This document shows positions 9,725 to 20,332 of a stretch of 64,000 bases of DNA, piece after piece. The translations under genes and the position numbers were made by a program. Source of the DNA: Candidatus Krumholzibacteriia bacterium. GTDB lineage: Bacteria; Krumholzibacteriota; Krumholzibacteriia; Krumholzibacteriales; Krumholzibacteriaceae. Position 1 is the first letter of the stretch; each line of letters begins with the position of its first letter. Location of the stretch: the NCBI GenBank assembly GCA_963836185.1, contig CAWIIQ010000001.1:485597-549596 (forward strand), in the 5' to 3' direction. The notes beneath the pieces are model-generated. The model was not told the origin of the DNA. It saw nothing but the letters and a program-made list of their open reading frames with translations, and did no database searches.

Positions 9725-11380
9725 ATGGAAAAGAGAGACCATCATGTCAGCGTAAGGATCGGATTGTTCATCCTCATAGCGGTCCTGATCATCGCTCTCC
9801 CGGTCTGTGGAACTTCCGCACAGACTGCTTTAAAGAAACAGGAAATAAAGGCTGTCTCATCGAAAGATGTCCGGCACGTAGTGCGGCAGGTCGAAGGATA
9901 TATAGTCTGGAGCGATGAACTGTCCAGGGAGGGTGGATACGGATTCCGGACGGAGGACGGCACGGTGGACCGGGCCGGATCGAGAAGGCGGGTCGAATTT
10001 CGCGCGGTCCAGGGAGACAAGGCGGTCTCGCCGGCGGATCTGATCGAAGTCTATGCCGGTGAGCTTGAAGAGGCCGGAGCGGCCGTTCTTTTCCGGGACG
10101 ATGAACGGATAACGGTCAGCCTGGATACCGGCGGGCATGGATCCTGGATCGAAGTCGCCGCGACAGATAACGGTTACACCGTGACCATCATAGAGGATAT
10201 TCCTGCTGCCGGTCTCTCCGCGCCTGTGACAGCAACGGGCACATTGAAGGATGTCAGTATAGCCTATCCCGTTCTGCATCCTGGAAGTGATATCACCGTT
10301 GCAGACAGGCCAGTTGCCCGTCCGCCCATGGTCACATACCATGTCTCTGCCACAGCTGGGCCGGGGGGAGATGGAACGGAAGAGAACCCTCTCTCTTCGA
10401 TCCAGGAGGCATTCGAGAGCGCGGAGGCACTCGGTGCGATGAAGGTGAGAGTTGTTCTCGCCTTTGGAGTATATGAGGGAGATCTGATAATAACGCGTTC
10501 TACCGACCTGATAGGCGACGAGAACATCCCGAAGATCCGGGGTACGATCGATGGGGCGGGTCTCGCGTTGACGATCGAGAATATCGAGATACGTGAGGCG
10601 CAGGGTGTGGGGGTCCGTCAGGACGGAGGAACGCTCGAGATGAATAACTGCCGGATCGTCAGTACGCAGCGCAGCGGCGCCGACAGGTCGAGCGGCAGGG
10701 GAGTCTTTCTCTCAGGAGGAGCGGCGGCACTGATCACACGCTGCGTTTTCCGGTCGAACGAAGGGCAGGCACTTCTCCTTACGGGCGAAGGGACCCGGGC
10801 GACCTGCAGCGATCTGCAGGCGACTTACAACCAGGTGCATCCGTCGTCGGCTGAATATGCCGCGGAAAACAACGACGTCAGCGGAACAGGGTGTGTCGAG
10901 GCGTCGGCTGGCGCGAAACTGCAGATGGAGGATTTCGATATCCTCGAAAATGAGTACATCGGCGTGCTCCTTCTCGATGGGTCCAGCGCGCACCTGCGTT
11001 ACGGGAGGATCGACGGGACGGAGAGAGCGGATGATCAGGGTGGATTCAACCTTGTAGCTTTTCGCGAGTGCGCGATCGAACTGCAGCATTTCGTCACAAG
11101 CAACTCGACCGCCGGCCTTCACATGTTCCATTCGACACTGCGGGTGATCGATATCGAACTGATCGGCAATTCGATCGGCATCTCGTTCCAGGAGCCGCCC
11201 GAGGGATATGACCTGGGCGCTTGCCTCTACGCATCCGAGAACAATATCTGGATGCAGGACAACGCGATCAATTTCGACGGGGTGGCCCTGTCCGTCCCCG
11301 ATGCGGGTGATATAGCCGGCATCGATGGTGAAGACGGAGAGGAAGCAGGAGCCTGGTGCCCCGAGGTGCCCTGGGAATAG
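9725..11380 (+). CDS. secreted right-handed parallel beta-helix repeat protein (pectate-lyase-fold-like)
   Basis: Likely start at MEKRDHH (the ORF track starts earlier, at 9599). TM/signal 'IGLFILIAVLIIALPVCG'. Repeated 'N.C.I..........G.G.F....A...I..C.F..N.G' beta-helix-like units. Confidence 0.5.
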   Translation: MEKRDHHVSVRIGLFILIAVLIIALPVCGTSAQTALKKQEIKAVSSKDVRHVVRQVEGYIVWSDELSREGGYGFRTEDGTVDRAGSRRRVEFRAVQGDKAVSPADLIEVYAGELEEAGAAVLFRDDERITVSLDTGGHGSWIEVAATDNGYTVTIIEDIPAAGLSAPVTATGTLKDVSIAYPVLHPGSDITVADRPVARPPMVTYHVSATAGPGGDGTEENPLSSIQEAFESAEALGAMKVRVVLAFGVYEGDLIITRSTDLIGDENIPKIRGTIDGAGLALTIENIEIREAQGVGVRQDGGTLEMNNCRIVSTQRSGADRSSGRGVFLSGGAAALITRCVFRSNEGQALLLTGEGTRATCSDLQATYNQVHPSSAEYAAENNDVSGTGCVEASAGAKLQMEDFDILENEYIGVLLLDGSSAHLRYGRIDGTERADDQGGFNLVAFRECAIELQHFVTSNSTAGLHMFHSTLRVIDIELIGNSIGISFQEPPEGYDLGACLYASENNIWMQDNAINFDGVALSVPDAGDIAGIDGEDGEEAGAWCPEVPWE

Positions 11381-11388
11381 GCAGGCGC

Positions 11389-13044
11389 CTAAGGCCGCAC
11401 GTGATTGTTCGTGTACTTCGTGATCAGCTGGTCGCGAAGCTGCGAGTATATCCCGTGCATCTCTTCCATGCGATCCCATGTCAGCTCTGTGAGATATTTC
11501 TGAGCCTTCTTCGGGCTCTTCTCAAAGAGCGCCGCACCCTTCTCGTCTATCGCCGCGATCTCATCGAAATAACGGACCTCGACCGGGTCGCGGACCCCAC
11601 GTACGTCCTCGATCGCCGCCTGCCACTTGAGGTAGAGGAGGTTGTCGACAAAATCTACCGCCCAGCGGTGCGAGTCCTCCGAGTACATCTCCGGATCGTA
11701 CGTGTTCCACGCCGGATGGATCTTCTTCACGCCGGCGTAGATGGGAACGTACGAACCGACGTGCTGGTTGTCTACGAAGTACCAGTAGATGCCGCCGACC
11801 GGGTCGGGGAGCCAGCCGCGGAGTTGGGCGACCATCCCGTAACCGCCCTTCGCGACGTTGCGCCGAAAGTCGATGTCGAGCAGGTGCCGCATGTCGGGAG
11901 TGGGGAAGGGTGTCGTCAGCGGGCTCTTCACGAATCCGCCCTCGCCGTCGGGGATGAGCCAGTCGTGGTCGGCCGTCATGTCGTATATCGTCCCCTCGAA
12001 GGTCGAGCGCTGGAATGCCATCACGTCCTGGACCGAGATAAGGGTGTCGGGCACAGCGGAGAAGGGGTAGATCGAGAGGGGCTCGACGTACTGGTGGTAC
12101 GAGTCGTTCTTCTCGAACAGGCTCTCGAGTGTCCGGTCGGGCCATTCCTTCAGCGACGGGCAGAAGGTCGAGTAGAAGAGCCAGAAGCGGCTCGTCGCCC
12201 ATTCGCGCGGTGTCGGTGTGTAAGCATCCTGCCATATGAACGGTGCGCCGCTGTCGGGGTCGTACCAGCCGTGGTCGATCGCGACCTGCATGTAGTTCTC
12301 TGAGGCCATGAACCACTCGGGCTGCGTCAGGTCGATCTCCCTGATGACCGACCAGTTGGGTATCATCGTGACGTGGTCGTCGGGAACGCGGCGGGCCGCC
12401 CAAAGCGCCCCGGGCTCGCCGCTGCCGGGCTCCCAGCCGGGGCCGATGCTGAAGAGCTCGAGTATCCAGGCCTCGTCGGGGTCGGCGATAGCGATCGTCT
12501 CCGACGAGGGGCCGCAGGAGGGAAGGAAGCCGTACTCATCGACAAGCGATGTGATCAGCAGGACGGCATCGATGGCCGTCTCGCATCTCTGCAGGGCGAA
12601 GATCATCGCCTGCTCTACCGTTATTATCTGCCCGCCCGTCTCGCGGTCGACGCCGAGCTCGCTGCGCTGGGCCTGAGTGCTCTCGCCGATCGCGAGTTGC
12701 TTCTCGTTCATGTGCGAGTATCCGGAGTGGAAGTATGCGAAAGTCTTCTCCACCTGCGGGATGTGGCCGATGACCTCCCATTCGCCGTGCGCGATCGCCG
12801 GGTCCTGCAGCCCCCAGTAGACGGGGGCGAGGCTCCCCTTCTTGAACTTCTGCGCCGGGACGTAGAAGAGGCGCGAGTCTTCGCAGGCATCGGTGTGCGA
12901 TGTGATGACCGAGCCGTCGACCGTCGCCTTCTTTCCAGCGACTACTATCGTGCAGGCGCCTGTCGGTACTGACTGGAGGGCGAGCAGTACGATCGCCGTG
13001 AACAGGCAGGTGAGTGATACTCGATTCATGGGAAATTTCATCAT
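11389..13044 (-). CDS. secreted C69-family dipeptidase
   Basis: Signal peptide followed by 'ACTIVVAGKKATVDGSVITSHTDACEDS', which matches the C69 N-terminal nucleophile-Cys motif (CT..V.GK.A..DGS....RNED). 551 aa is a typical size. Confidence 0.7.
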   Translation of the reverse strand: MMKFPMNRVSLTCLFTAIVLLALQSVPTGACTIVVAGKKATVDGSVITSHTDACEDSRLFYVPAQKFKKGSLAPVYWGLQDPAIAHGEWEVIGHIPQVEKTFAYFHSGYSHMNEKQLAIGESTQAQRSELGVDRETGGQIITVEQAMIFALQRCETAIDAVLLITSLVDEYGFLPSCGPSSETIAIADPDEAWILELFSIGPGWEPGSGEPGALWAARRVPDDHVTMIPNWSVIREIDLTQPEWFMASENYMQVAIDHGWYDPDSGAPFIWQDAYTPTPREWATSRFWLFYSTFCPSLKEWPDRTLESLFEKNDSYHQYVEPLSIYPFSAVPDTLISVQDVMAFQRSTFEGTIYDMTADHDWLIPDGEGGFVKSPLTTPFPTPDMRHLLDIDFRRNVAKGGYGMVAQLRGWLPDPVGGIYWYFVDNQHVGSYVPIYAGVKKIHPAWNTYDPEMYSEDSHRWAVDFVDNLLYLKWQAAIEDVRGVRDPVEVRYFDEIAAIDEKGAALFEKSPKKAQKYLTELTWDRMEEMHGIYSQLRDQLITKYTNNHVRP

Positions 13045-13146
13045 TTCATCCTTTATCGGGGTGCAGGGTCTGGATATCCGGACCGTCAGACTCTAACCTA
13101 TCGGGAGCGTCGAGTTCAAAATATTTCGAGGAAAAGATACGAATGG

Positions 13147-15714
13147 TCACCTGATGATCACGAATTTCCCTATCGTTCGCTTGAACTGCCCGTCCGAGGG
13201 GTCGACCGCGTATATGTATACTCCGCTCGTGACGTCCTGGCCGTTCCTTGATAGAAGGTCCCATCGCAGGGTGCCGTCTCCATTGCTTCCATCATGATAG
13301 AGCGACTGGACGAGATCGCCCGAGACGGTGAATATCCTTACCGTACTCCGGCACCGGGGGAGATTTCTGAACTCGCACTTGAGCCCCGTTGGATCGGCGT
13401 TGTTCGGTTCAAGCCTCCACGGGTCCATGCTGTCCGAAGTGACGGGATTCGGCACGACGTAGATCTCTTTGCTTTCAAATCCGCCTGGTTCCTGCGCGTC
13501 CGATCTCGCTTCGATGTACTGGAAGTTTGACATCGGCGAATCGTACAATCCCGGCTCCATCCGACCCTTCATCAGCTCCCGGTGGTCGAAGGCGACGACC
13601 GAGTAGAAGTAGGGCAGCCCGTTCTTGGCCATCCTGTCGAAGTACCTGTAATAGCTTCTGCCGCCCTCGAATCCCAGGCTGCGCCTGGCCATCGCCTCGA
13701 GGGTGTCGCACTCTTCCTCTTCCAGGCCGGGTGGGCAGGGTACCGTATCAAGGGGAGCGTACCTGACGCTGGCCTCGAACATGTCCAGATACTTCTGCCG
13801 GTCCCTGAGGTAGTTGAGCGGCTCGTATTCCCATCCCCCCTCCTCGAACGGCATCTTGAATGCATCGTTGGGCGGGACATCGTTGACGATGTCTCTGCTT
13901 TCGAGAAGGGTCCAGAGCTTCCTGGCAGGGCCACTCGCCTCCGATGTGCCGAAGGGCCTGTGCCAGTCGTCCGCACGGTATACCAGGTAACCCTCGAAAT
14001 CCTGCAAAAGGGTGAACTGGTCAGGGATCACTTCGCTGAGATCATCCCACAACACAGAGACCAGTCCGTCTCCGGGAACAAGTCTCATGTTCGGGGGCAC
14101 AGGAGCCGAGCTCACAACCCACGGGACATGGCTTTCCTTGCCGTCGACTCCCGTCATGTAGAACCGCAGGTCCGCATCCCACTTCTTGTAGCATCCTAAA
14201 TACCCGAAAATCCATTGTTCCTCTCTGCAGTCAGCGTTGACGTAGCATGAGTCCTTTCCTGGAAGGTCGATCACCCATTCAGGATGGTTGCAGGGGTCGG
14301 GCCTCAACATCTCGATCGGTCCCCATACGACCCGTTCCCGACCATCGACCCCTGTCTCGGGGTTCCGGTCGGCGTCGGCATAGAGGCCCTGGTAAGCCGC
14401 TACCGCGGCTGCGGCATTCTTGATCAGGCCGGACATCTTCTCGCCCCCTACGAATGCCAACTTGAACTTGAACTCATCTCCCGGTTCCAGCTCGGGGACG
14501 ACGAAGTATGAAAAAAGAAGCCTGTAATCACCAGGTGTCGCCGTGTCCTCGGGGCTGTTCCAGTCGCTCATCACCTGGTAGCGCTCGTAGTCGTTTGTAG
14601 GCTCTCCTCCGCTTTCAAAGGGGAGCAGCCCCCTGAAGTGCCTCACCTTTCTGGTGCCCACCTCGGCCAGTTTGCCCGGAGTGAAGCCGTAGTAGGCTGC
14701 CTGTGGATCTTCGACAAGCACAATGCCGAAATAGCCGTCCGTCAAACCGTTGTCGCCGTCATCGTCATAGACGTAGATGAGGTTTATCTTGACCGGGACC
14801 TCGTACCCTCCTTTTCGCGCGCAGCCGACGCCCCTCCACGTTCCGAGCATGTCGTCGAGGTAGTAACTGTCGTACTGGCGGGGGCCGGCATCCAGGTCGG
14901 CGTAAAGGCCGACATAGACGTCCTGCAGATAGCTGTCTCCGATGTTCTTGATGACGTAGCTTACGGCGACGAAGTTTCCGAGGTAATCGCCCCCCCACTG
15001 GTATGTCTCCTGCCTTACCATCAATCCCATCGGCTCGTGCTCGGGGTATATGGTGGAGGCGACTGCCTGGTCATCGGTATACCAGCAGGAGAACATCTGG
15101 TTTCCACTGGCGGCAAAATCCTCGTCGATCAGGCCGTCGCCGTCATCGTCCATGCCGTTGAGCCAGTCCTCGTCGATCAGGCCGTCGCCGTCGTCGTCGG
15201 GCCAGTTCGGGAACCGCATGCCTCCCGGGTCGCCTTCCGCCGCCCGGTAGATCACATCCCGGGGATCATTAGTGGGATAGAACTCGGTCTCCGGGTAACC
15301 CGTCGAGACTACAGGCTGGCCGTTCTTGAGCGCTCCGACCCATATCCCCGCGGCGTAGAGGAATTCTACGCCGGATCCCGCGGGGTACTGGGCGGATGGA
15401 GACTCTGACATCGGGTAGCGGCTGCCCGGCAGTGAGCCGAAGAACCCCCAGTTGGTGACGTTCATCTGGAGCTCTCCGATGTTGTGAACGTATGTCCCGT
15501 CAAGGTTGATAGTGCGGACCGGGCCGGTGTTCTTTGTCTCGGGCCAGGGGTCGCGGCGCTCAGCTTCCAGGCTGGTTGCGGGAAAGAGTATGATGACCGC
15601 AAGGCAGGCTGTGATAAGGAATCTTGACGCGGAGGCTGGCCTGACGCCTGTCCAGCGTCCGGGCATTTCGTTCTTACTACGGGCAGACATGCGAGACTCC
15701 ATTGACGGCGTCAT
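13147..15714 (-). CDS. 855-aa secreted T9SS cargo protein with thrombospondin-type-3-like Ca-binding repeats
   Basis: N-terminal signal. 'DDDGDGLIDEDWLNGMDDDGDGLIDEDF' DxDxDG repeats. C-terminal 'PNPVTSDS...STVRIFTVSGDLV...VTSGVYIYAV...FVIIR' sorting domain. A paralog lies at 41235..43318. Confidence 0.7.
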   Translation of the reverse strand: MTPSMESRMSARSKNEMPGRWTGVRPASASRFLITACLAVIILFPATSLEAERRDPWPETKNTGPVRTINLDGTYVHNIGELQMNVTNWGFFGSLPGSRYPMSESPSAQYPAGSGVEFLYAAGIWVGALKNGQPVVSTGYPETEFYPTNDPRDVIYRAAEGDPGGMRFPNWPDDDGDGLIDEDWLNGMDDDGDGLIDEDFAASGNQMFSCWYTDDQAVASTIYPEHEPMGLMVRQETYQWGGDYLGNFVAVSYVIKNIGDSYLQDVYVGLYADLDAGPRQYDSYYLDDMLGTWRGVGCARKGGYEVPVKINLIYVYDDDGDNGLTDGYFGIVLVEDPQAAYYGFTPGKLAEVGTRKVRHFRGLLPFESGGEPTNDYERYQVMSDWNSPEDTATPGDYRLLFSYFVVPELEPGDEFKFKLAFVGGEKMSGLIKNAAAAVAAYQGLYADADRNPETGVDGRERVVWGPIEMLRPDPCNHPEWVIDLPGKDSCYVNADCREEQWIFGYLGCYKKWDADLRFYMTGVDGKESHVPWVVSSAPVPPNMRLVPGDGLVSVLWDDLSEVIPDQFTLLQDFEGYLVYRADDWHRPFGTSEASGPARKLWTLLESRDIVNDVPPNDAFKMPFEEGGWEYEPLNYLRDRQKYLDMFEASVRYAPLDTVPCPPGLEEEECDTLEAMARRSLGFEGGRSYYRYFDRMAKNGLPYFYSVVAFDHRELMKGRMEPGLYDSPMSNFQYIEARSDAQEPGGFESKEIYVVPNPVTSDSMDPWRLEPNNADPTGLKCEFRNLPRCRSTVRIFTVSGDLVQSLYHDGSNGDGTLRWDLLSRNGQDVTSGVYIYAVDPSDGQFKRTIGKFVIIR

Positions 15715-15915
15715 GGTGTAGTCTGTTGTAGTCGGGTTATCGCGGTCCGGCTGGATATAATATAGCAGATATTTCCAGGAAGGTAAATGTTGAACGGGTC
15801 GTCAATGCCTTACCGAACGACTGTGTTCTGTCTGCTTGCGGAGCCTGGTTCTCTGTGATATAGGTAAGTAAGGGCATCAGGGACAACAGAAAATAATCAA
15901 AAAGGAACCTGCCGT

Positions 15916-16743
15916 ATGATCGGCAAAAAAGTCTCACATTACGAGATAACCGGGAAACTCGGCGAAGGCGGGATGGGCGTCGTATACGAGGCTTACGATA
16001 CCGTTCTCAAACGCAAGGTCGCGCTGAAGTTTCTGCCGGCAGGTCTTACTTCCGACGATGAAACACGCAAGCGATTCGTTCGCGAGGCGCAGGCCGCCGC
16101 AGCCCTCAATCATCCCAATATCTGCACCGTCCACGAGATCGGCGAGGACGATGGGCATATCTTCATCGTTATGCCCTGCATCGAAGGGGCCGGCCTGGCG
16201 GGGAGGCTCAAGGAGGGGCCGCTGTCCGTTGATGACGCGCTCGACATAGCGATACAGGCCGGCAAGGGCCTTGCCAGGGCTCACAAGAGCGATATCGTAC
16301 ACCGCGACATAAAGCCGGGGAACATCCTGCTGACAGAAGACGGCCATGTGAAGATCGTAGACTTCGGCCTGGCGAAGCTCGGTTCGATGACGAAGATGAC
16401 TGTGGTCGGCACGACGATGGGAACTGCAGGCTACATGTCACCCGAGCAGGCGAGGGGGGACGATGTCGACCACCGTTCCGATATCTGGGCGCTGGGCGTC
16501 GTGCTCTACGAGATGCTGACCGGCAGCATGCCGTTCCGCGGTGAAGTCGACGCGGCGGTGATCTACTCTATAATGAACGAGGAGCCCGAGCTCCTCGCTG
16601 AGGCCTGTCCCGGATGTCCCGCTGAGCTCCTCGAGATAATAAGCACCGCGCTGGCGAAGGAACCTGGCGAACGGTTCCAGTCGATAGGCGAGATGGTTAA
16701 GCGCTGGAAGCAGTACGCGGCGGCAGGAGTGTTCCGGCAGTAA
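15916..16743 (+). CDS. Hanks-type Ser/Thr protein kinase catalytic domain
   Basis: 'GKLGEGGMGVVYEA' P-loop, 'VALKFL', 'IVHRDIKPGNILL', 'DFGLAK', 'GTAGYMSPEQ'. Ends at an in-frame TAA 66 bp before the next ORF, which is in the same frame. Confidence 0.85.
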   Translation: MIGKKVSHYEITGKLGEGGMGVVYEAYDTVLKRKVALKFLPAGLTSDDETRKRFVREAQAAAALNHPNICTVHEIGEDDGHIFIVMPCIEGAGLAGRLKEGPLSVDDALDIAIQAGKGLARAHKSDIVHRDIKPGNILLTEDGHVKIVDFGLAKLGSMTKMTVVGTTMGTAGYMSPEQARGDDVDHRSDIWALGVVLYEMLTGSMPFRGEVDAAVIYSIMNEEPELLAEACPGCPAELLEIISTALAKEPGERFQSIGEMVKRWKQYAAAGVFRQ

Positions 16744-16809
16744 AGAGACCGTCCGGCGCGTCATGGGAGACGTATCGACCGTCGCATACCCGCGAGTATC
16801 ATCACGATC

Positions 16810-18333
16810 GTGGTGATTGTCGCTGCCGTGTTAGGGTACTGGTTTCTCAAGCCGGGGCAGAGTATCGAGTCGATAGCGGTGCTTCCCATCATCGATCTGT
16901 CGGGAGAAAATGAGGCGGGTGGCTTTGCCGACCAGATGACCGGCGTTCTGATCAACGAACTCGGTCAGATCAAGTCTATCCGGTGGACCAGCCACCGGAC
17001 TTCGATGACATACAGGGACTCAGACAAGTCGACCGATGAGATAGCCGATGAACTGGGAGTGGATGCGGTAGTTGAAGGAGAACTTCTGACAGATGGCACA
17101 CATATGACTCTTTCGCTGCGGCTTGTCGAGACAGATCCTGAACGTCAGATCTGGAACGAGCAGTACAAGCGGACCCTGACGGCGAACTTCACTCTTTACA
17201 GCGATATAGCGATGGATTTCGCGAAAAAGCTCGGTGCCATGATCAGTCCGGAGGCAGCAGCCGCGATGGCAGCCCGCCGTGATGTGGATCCTGAAGCAAA
17301 TGAAGCATACGGAAGAGGGATCTACCTGCTCGGTACATTCATTAATGCCGGAGAGGGAACCGAAGAGAGAAAAAGAGCTGAGCAGGCACTCGAGTATTTC
17401 AGGACATCGGTTGAGATCGACTCGACGTTTGCCAAGGGATGGGCAGGTCTGGCTGAGGCTTACATCAGGCTCTCCCACGCCAACACTCCATATCCCGGCG
17501 CGGTGGAAAATGCTCTCGAAGCTGTAAATCGGGCACTCGAACTGGACGATGCGCTGGGAGAGGCATATTTTACCAGGGCCCATATACTGTGGGAACATGT
17601 CTGGGATCAGGATGGCGCCAGGGATGATTTCCAGAAGGCTTTCGAGCTCAATCCATCGAATGCGTACGGGTATATGATCTACTCGTACTATCTGCAGGCC
17701 TGGAGAAGGTTCGACGAGTCCGCAGATGCCGCCGTGCAGTCCGTCAGGCTCGATCCGGCCTCATATATGCTCGGTATGGCCGCTCATCAACCGCTCTCCT
17801 TTGCCGGGAGAGTCGAAGCGGCCATATCCCAGCTAAGGAAGATCAGAGAGATGCATCCTGAGAAGATAGATGAGATAGAAGTTCTGGCGTGGACGCGAGC
17901 TGTCTATCGCTCAAACAGGCTTTGCGATGAGGCTATCGAGGTACATGAAAGGATATGGAATCTTCAGAAAGAAGAACTGAAAGACAGCAGTGAAGCTGTG
18001 ATCGAGAGGGAAAGACTGGAATACCTATGGCAGCTTGGTATGTTTCATTCCGATGCCGGGGACATCGAGGAGGCGGAGCGTCTCTGGAACGAGGTCCTCA
18101 GTGTCGTGGATATCGATACTATTGAAAAAGAGAATCCATCAGCTGCAGCTCAATACTACATGCACCACGGCGATAACGACCTGATGTTCAGGATTCTGGA
18201 GAAGATGTACGAAGAGAAGAGTATGTGGGTGACTCGAGTAACGTCTCTCCCTATTTACGATCGCCTCCGCGACGATCCGAGATATGAGGACCTCCAGAAA
18301 AGGCTGGGGTTGTACCCGTCCGCCGACCAGTAG
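16810..18333 (+). CDS. TM helix plus TolB-N-like plus TPR-repeat protein (the usual C-terminal half of sensor Ser/Thr kinases), in the same frame as the kinase
   Basis: The in-frame translation after the TAA gives 'PASIITIVVIVAAVLGYWFL' (a TM helix). This is followed by 'SIAVLPIIDLSGENEAGGFADQMTGVLINELGQIKSIRWTS' (TolB-N-like) and multiple TPR-like helices. Confidence 0.7.
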   Translation: MVIVAAVLGYWFLKPGQSIESIAVLPIIDLSGENEAGGFADQMTGVLINELGQIKSIRWTSHRTSMTYRDSDKSTDEIADELGVDAVVEGELLTDGTHMTLSLRLVETDPERQIWNEQYKRTLTANFTLYSDIAMDFAKKLGAMISPEAAAAMAARRDVDPEANEAYGRGIYLLGTFINAGEGTEERKRAEQALEYFRTSVEIDSTFAKGWAGLAEAYIRLSHANTPYPGAVENALEAVNRALELDDALGEAYFTRAHILWEHVWDQDGARDDFQKAFELNPSNAYGYMIYSYYLQAWRRFDESADAAVQSVRLDPASYMLGMAAHQPLSFAGRVEAAISQLRKIREMHPEKIDEIEVLAWTRAVYRSNRLCDEAIEVHERIWNLQKEELKDSSEAVIERERLEYLWQLGMFHSDAGDIEEAERLWNEVLSVVDIDTIEKENPSAAAQYYMHHGDNDLMFRILEKMYEEKSMWVTRVTSLPIYDRLRDDPRYEDLQKRLGLYPSADQ

Positions 18334-18347
18334 CCCGGGATCCGGCT

Positions 18348-19769
18348 CTACCTGACCAGCTTGACACCCTTTCCGTCGACAAATCCCTTCGCTATCTCCC
18401 ACGCCTTGTCCCTGGTCGTCACGTCCGGGTAGTCCGGCAGGCCGGTGATACCCTTCGCGGCGAACATCCGCGCGACTTCGAGGCGGACCTTGTGGGCTTC
18501 AACTGCCGACTCGCCGACTATCCGCAGGTATTCCTGCGGGGCGTGGAAGCCCATCCCGTTGTTCGAGGAGCAGTAGTCCCACCTGAACTGGGCGTGGCGG
18601 AGCATCTGCCTGATGCCGTAAAGCTCATCGTCGGTCGCACCTGCCTGGACAGCTGCCGCGACGTCGAAGTGGGCCCTTACGAGCGCGTCCTCCGCTGCCA
18701 TCCTCGCGTTGAAGCACCTCGTCTGGATCTCCTCGACGCGGCTCTTGACCTCTTCTTCTGTCCAGCGGTGGCAGACCGCGCAGCTGTTTGCGATGTTCAG
18801 CAGCGGGCTCTGAGCGTGGTGGTCGGAGTGCTTGACGCCGCCTTCGGCAACGTAAGGCATGTGGCAGTCGGCGCACGAGACGTTCCTGTATGCGTGGATA
18901 CCCATCGAGAACATCTCGTAGTCGGGGTGCTGCGACTTGATGATCGGCGTGCCAGATACGGGGTGGACCCAGTCGTGGAAAGCGTATTCGTCGTAGTACT
19001 CGATCATGTCGTCGACCGTCTTCCCCTTTTCCCACGGGAAGGTCAGATAGGCCTTCTTTCCCTCCGCTTCATCATTGAGAAAGTAGTACTCGACGTGGCA
19101 CTGCGCGCAGACGAGCGAACGCATCTCCTGGTGGGTCGCGTCGTCTATGTCCTGTCCCGCCGCGGCGAACGCCTCCCTCAGCGCGGGCCGGGTGATGATA
19201 AGGCCCATCGTCTCGGGATCGTGGCAGTCGCGGCAGCCGATAGGATTGACGATCTCGTCCTTGAGGTCATGGAAGTTCGAGGCGTAGAACTCCCTGATGC
19301 CCATCTTCTCCATCATCCGTGGGACATCGGGGCTCTTGCAGGTCCAGCATGTCGCTTCGTTGAAAGGGGTCTTGATCCGTTTCGTGTTCGTAACATCGTC
19401 GATCGCGTGGTAATGGCCCCTGGCCTGGAGGTAATCCTTACTGAATCCGTACCCGGCAAAGAGGATCACCTGTAAGGGATCGTCCTCGAGGTAGTCGCGC
19501 GGGTATGCCCCGCCGAATTTTGTCTCTGTATCGTCGATCTGAGTCCTCAGCCACGAATCGTACTCACTGGGGTAGTTCTCTCCCCACACGGCGTTGTCCG
19601 TCTCCCACTCGTCGAGCGGGACGACGGCTATCGCGGGGCGCTGCGCCTCCCAGCGGTGCTCCATTATAGAGAAGCCGAGGATGCCGAGAAGCACGACGAC
19701 CACGGCGAGCAGTACGATGATAAGTGTCCCCGCCCAGAGGGGGAGTTTCGGGCTGGATTTGTCGCTCAT
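18348..19769 (-). CDS. nrfA: pentaheme cytochrome c552 nitrite reductase (ammonia-forming) NrfA
   Basis: CWTCK (the CxxCK active-site heme) plus four CxxCH motifs (CRDCH, CAQCH, CADCH, CAVCH). N-terminal membrane anchor. 473 aa. Confidence 0.85.
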   Translation of the reverse strand: MSDKSSPKLPLWAGTLIIVLLAVVVVLLGILGFSIMEHRWEAQRPAIAVVPLDEWETDNAVWGENYPSEYDSWLRTQIDDTETKFGGAYPRDYLEDDPLQVILFAGYGFSKDYLQARGHYHAIDDVTNTKRIKTPFNEATCWTCKSPDVPRMMEKMGIREFYASNFHDLKDEIVNPIGCRDCHDPETMGLIITRPALREAFAAAGQDIDDATHQEMRSLVCAQCHVEYYFLNDEAEGKKAYLTFPWEKGKTVDDMIEYYDEYAFHDWVHPVSGTPIIKSQHPDYEMFSMGIHAYRNVSCADCHMPYVAEGGVKHSDHHAQSPLLNIANSCAVCHRWTEEEVKSRVEEIQTRCFNARMAAEDALVRAHFDVAAAVQAGATDDELYGIRQMLRHAQFRWDYCSSNNGMGFHAPQEYLRIVGESAVEAHKVRLEVARMFAAKGITGLPDYPDVTTRDKAWEIAKGFVDGKGVKLVR

Positions 19770-20332
19770 CGATTCGATCCCTTTCTTTTTCGGCTTATGC
19801 CGGCCGGGGGTAATTTCGGCCTCAGCACGGCATCGGACGACGACAGGCTCTTTACTTGTATATGTATATTCGTATGGCAGTCCCAGCAGGTCCGTTCCCC
19901 GGACCCGGCGAGCCGGATCATCGAGAACGAGCTGCCGTGACAGCGCAGGCAGTTCTGCTGTATGACGGGGATGGCTTCATGCGAGAGCTCGATGACCTGC
20001 GGTTCGGCGCCTGCTGTGAAGATCGCAGAGTGCTTCATCCCGTCGGTTGCCTTGAAGCGGTTCATCGCGACGATATTCTGATGGGGGAGATGACAGTCTG
20101 TGCATACGGCCGCCGTGCCGTGGCTGCCCCGCTGCCAGCTCGCGTAGGCGTCGGTCATCACGTGGCAGTTGGCGCAGGTCTCCGGTTCCTTGTTGAGGTA
20201 CGACATCGCGCGTGAGGAGCGGATAAGCAGGGCAGCCATACCTATGGAGATTCCGGCCAGGGCGTAGATAGTCACCTGCATGCCTCGCGGCAGGCCTTCG
20301 AGCCTTAAGAGAGTTCTGATATAAGAGAGCAT
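19766..20332 (-). CDS. nrfH: tetraheme NapC/NirT-family quinol dehydrogenase NrfH
   Basis: N-terminal TM helix. Four CxxCH motifs (CANCH, CTDCH, CLRCH, CWDCH). 188 aa. Its stop overlaps the nrfA start. Confidence 0.8.
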   Translation of the reverse strand: MLSYIRTLLRLEGLPRGMQVTIYALAGISIGMAALLIRSSRAMSYLNKEPETCANCHVMTDAYASWQRGSHGTAAVCTDCHLPHQNIVAMNRFKATDGMKHSAIFTAGAEPQVIELSHEAIPVIQQNCLRCHGSSFSMIRLAGSGERTCWDCHTNIHIQVKSLSSSDAVLRPKLPPAGISRKRKGSNR

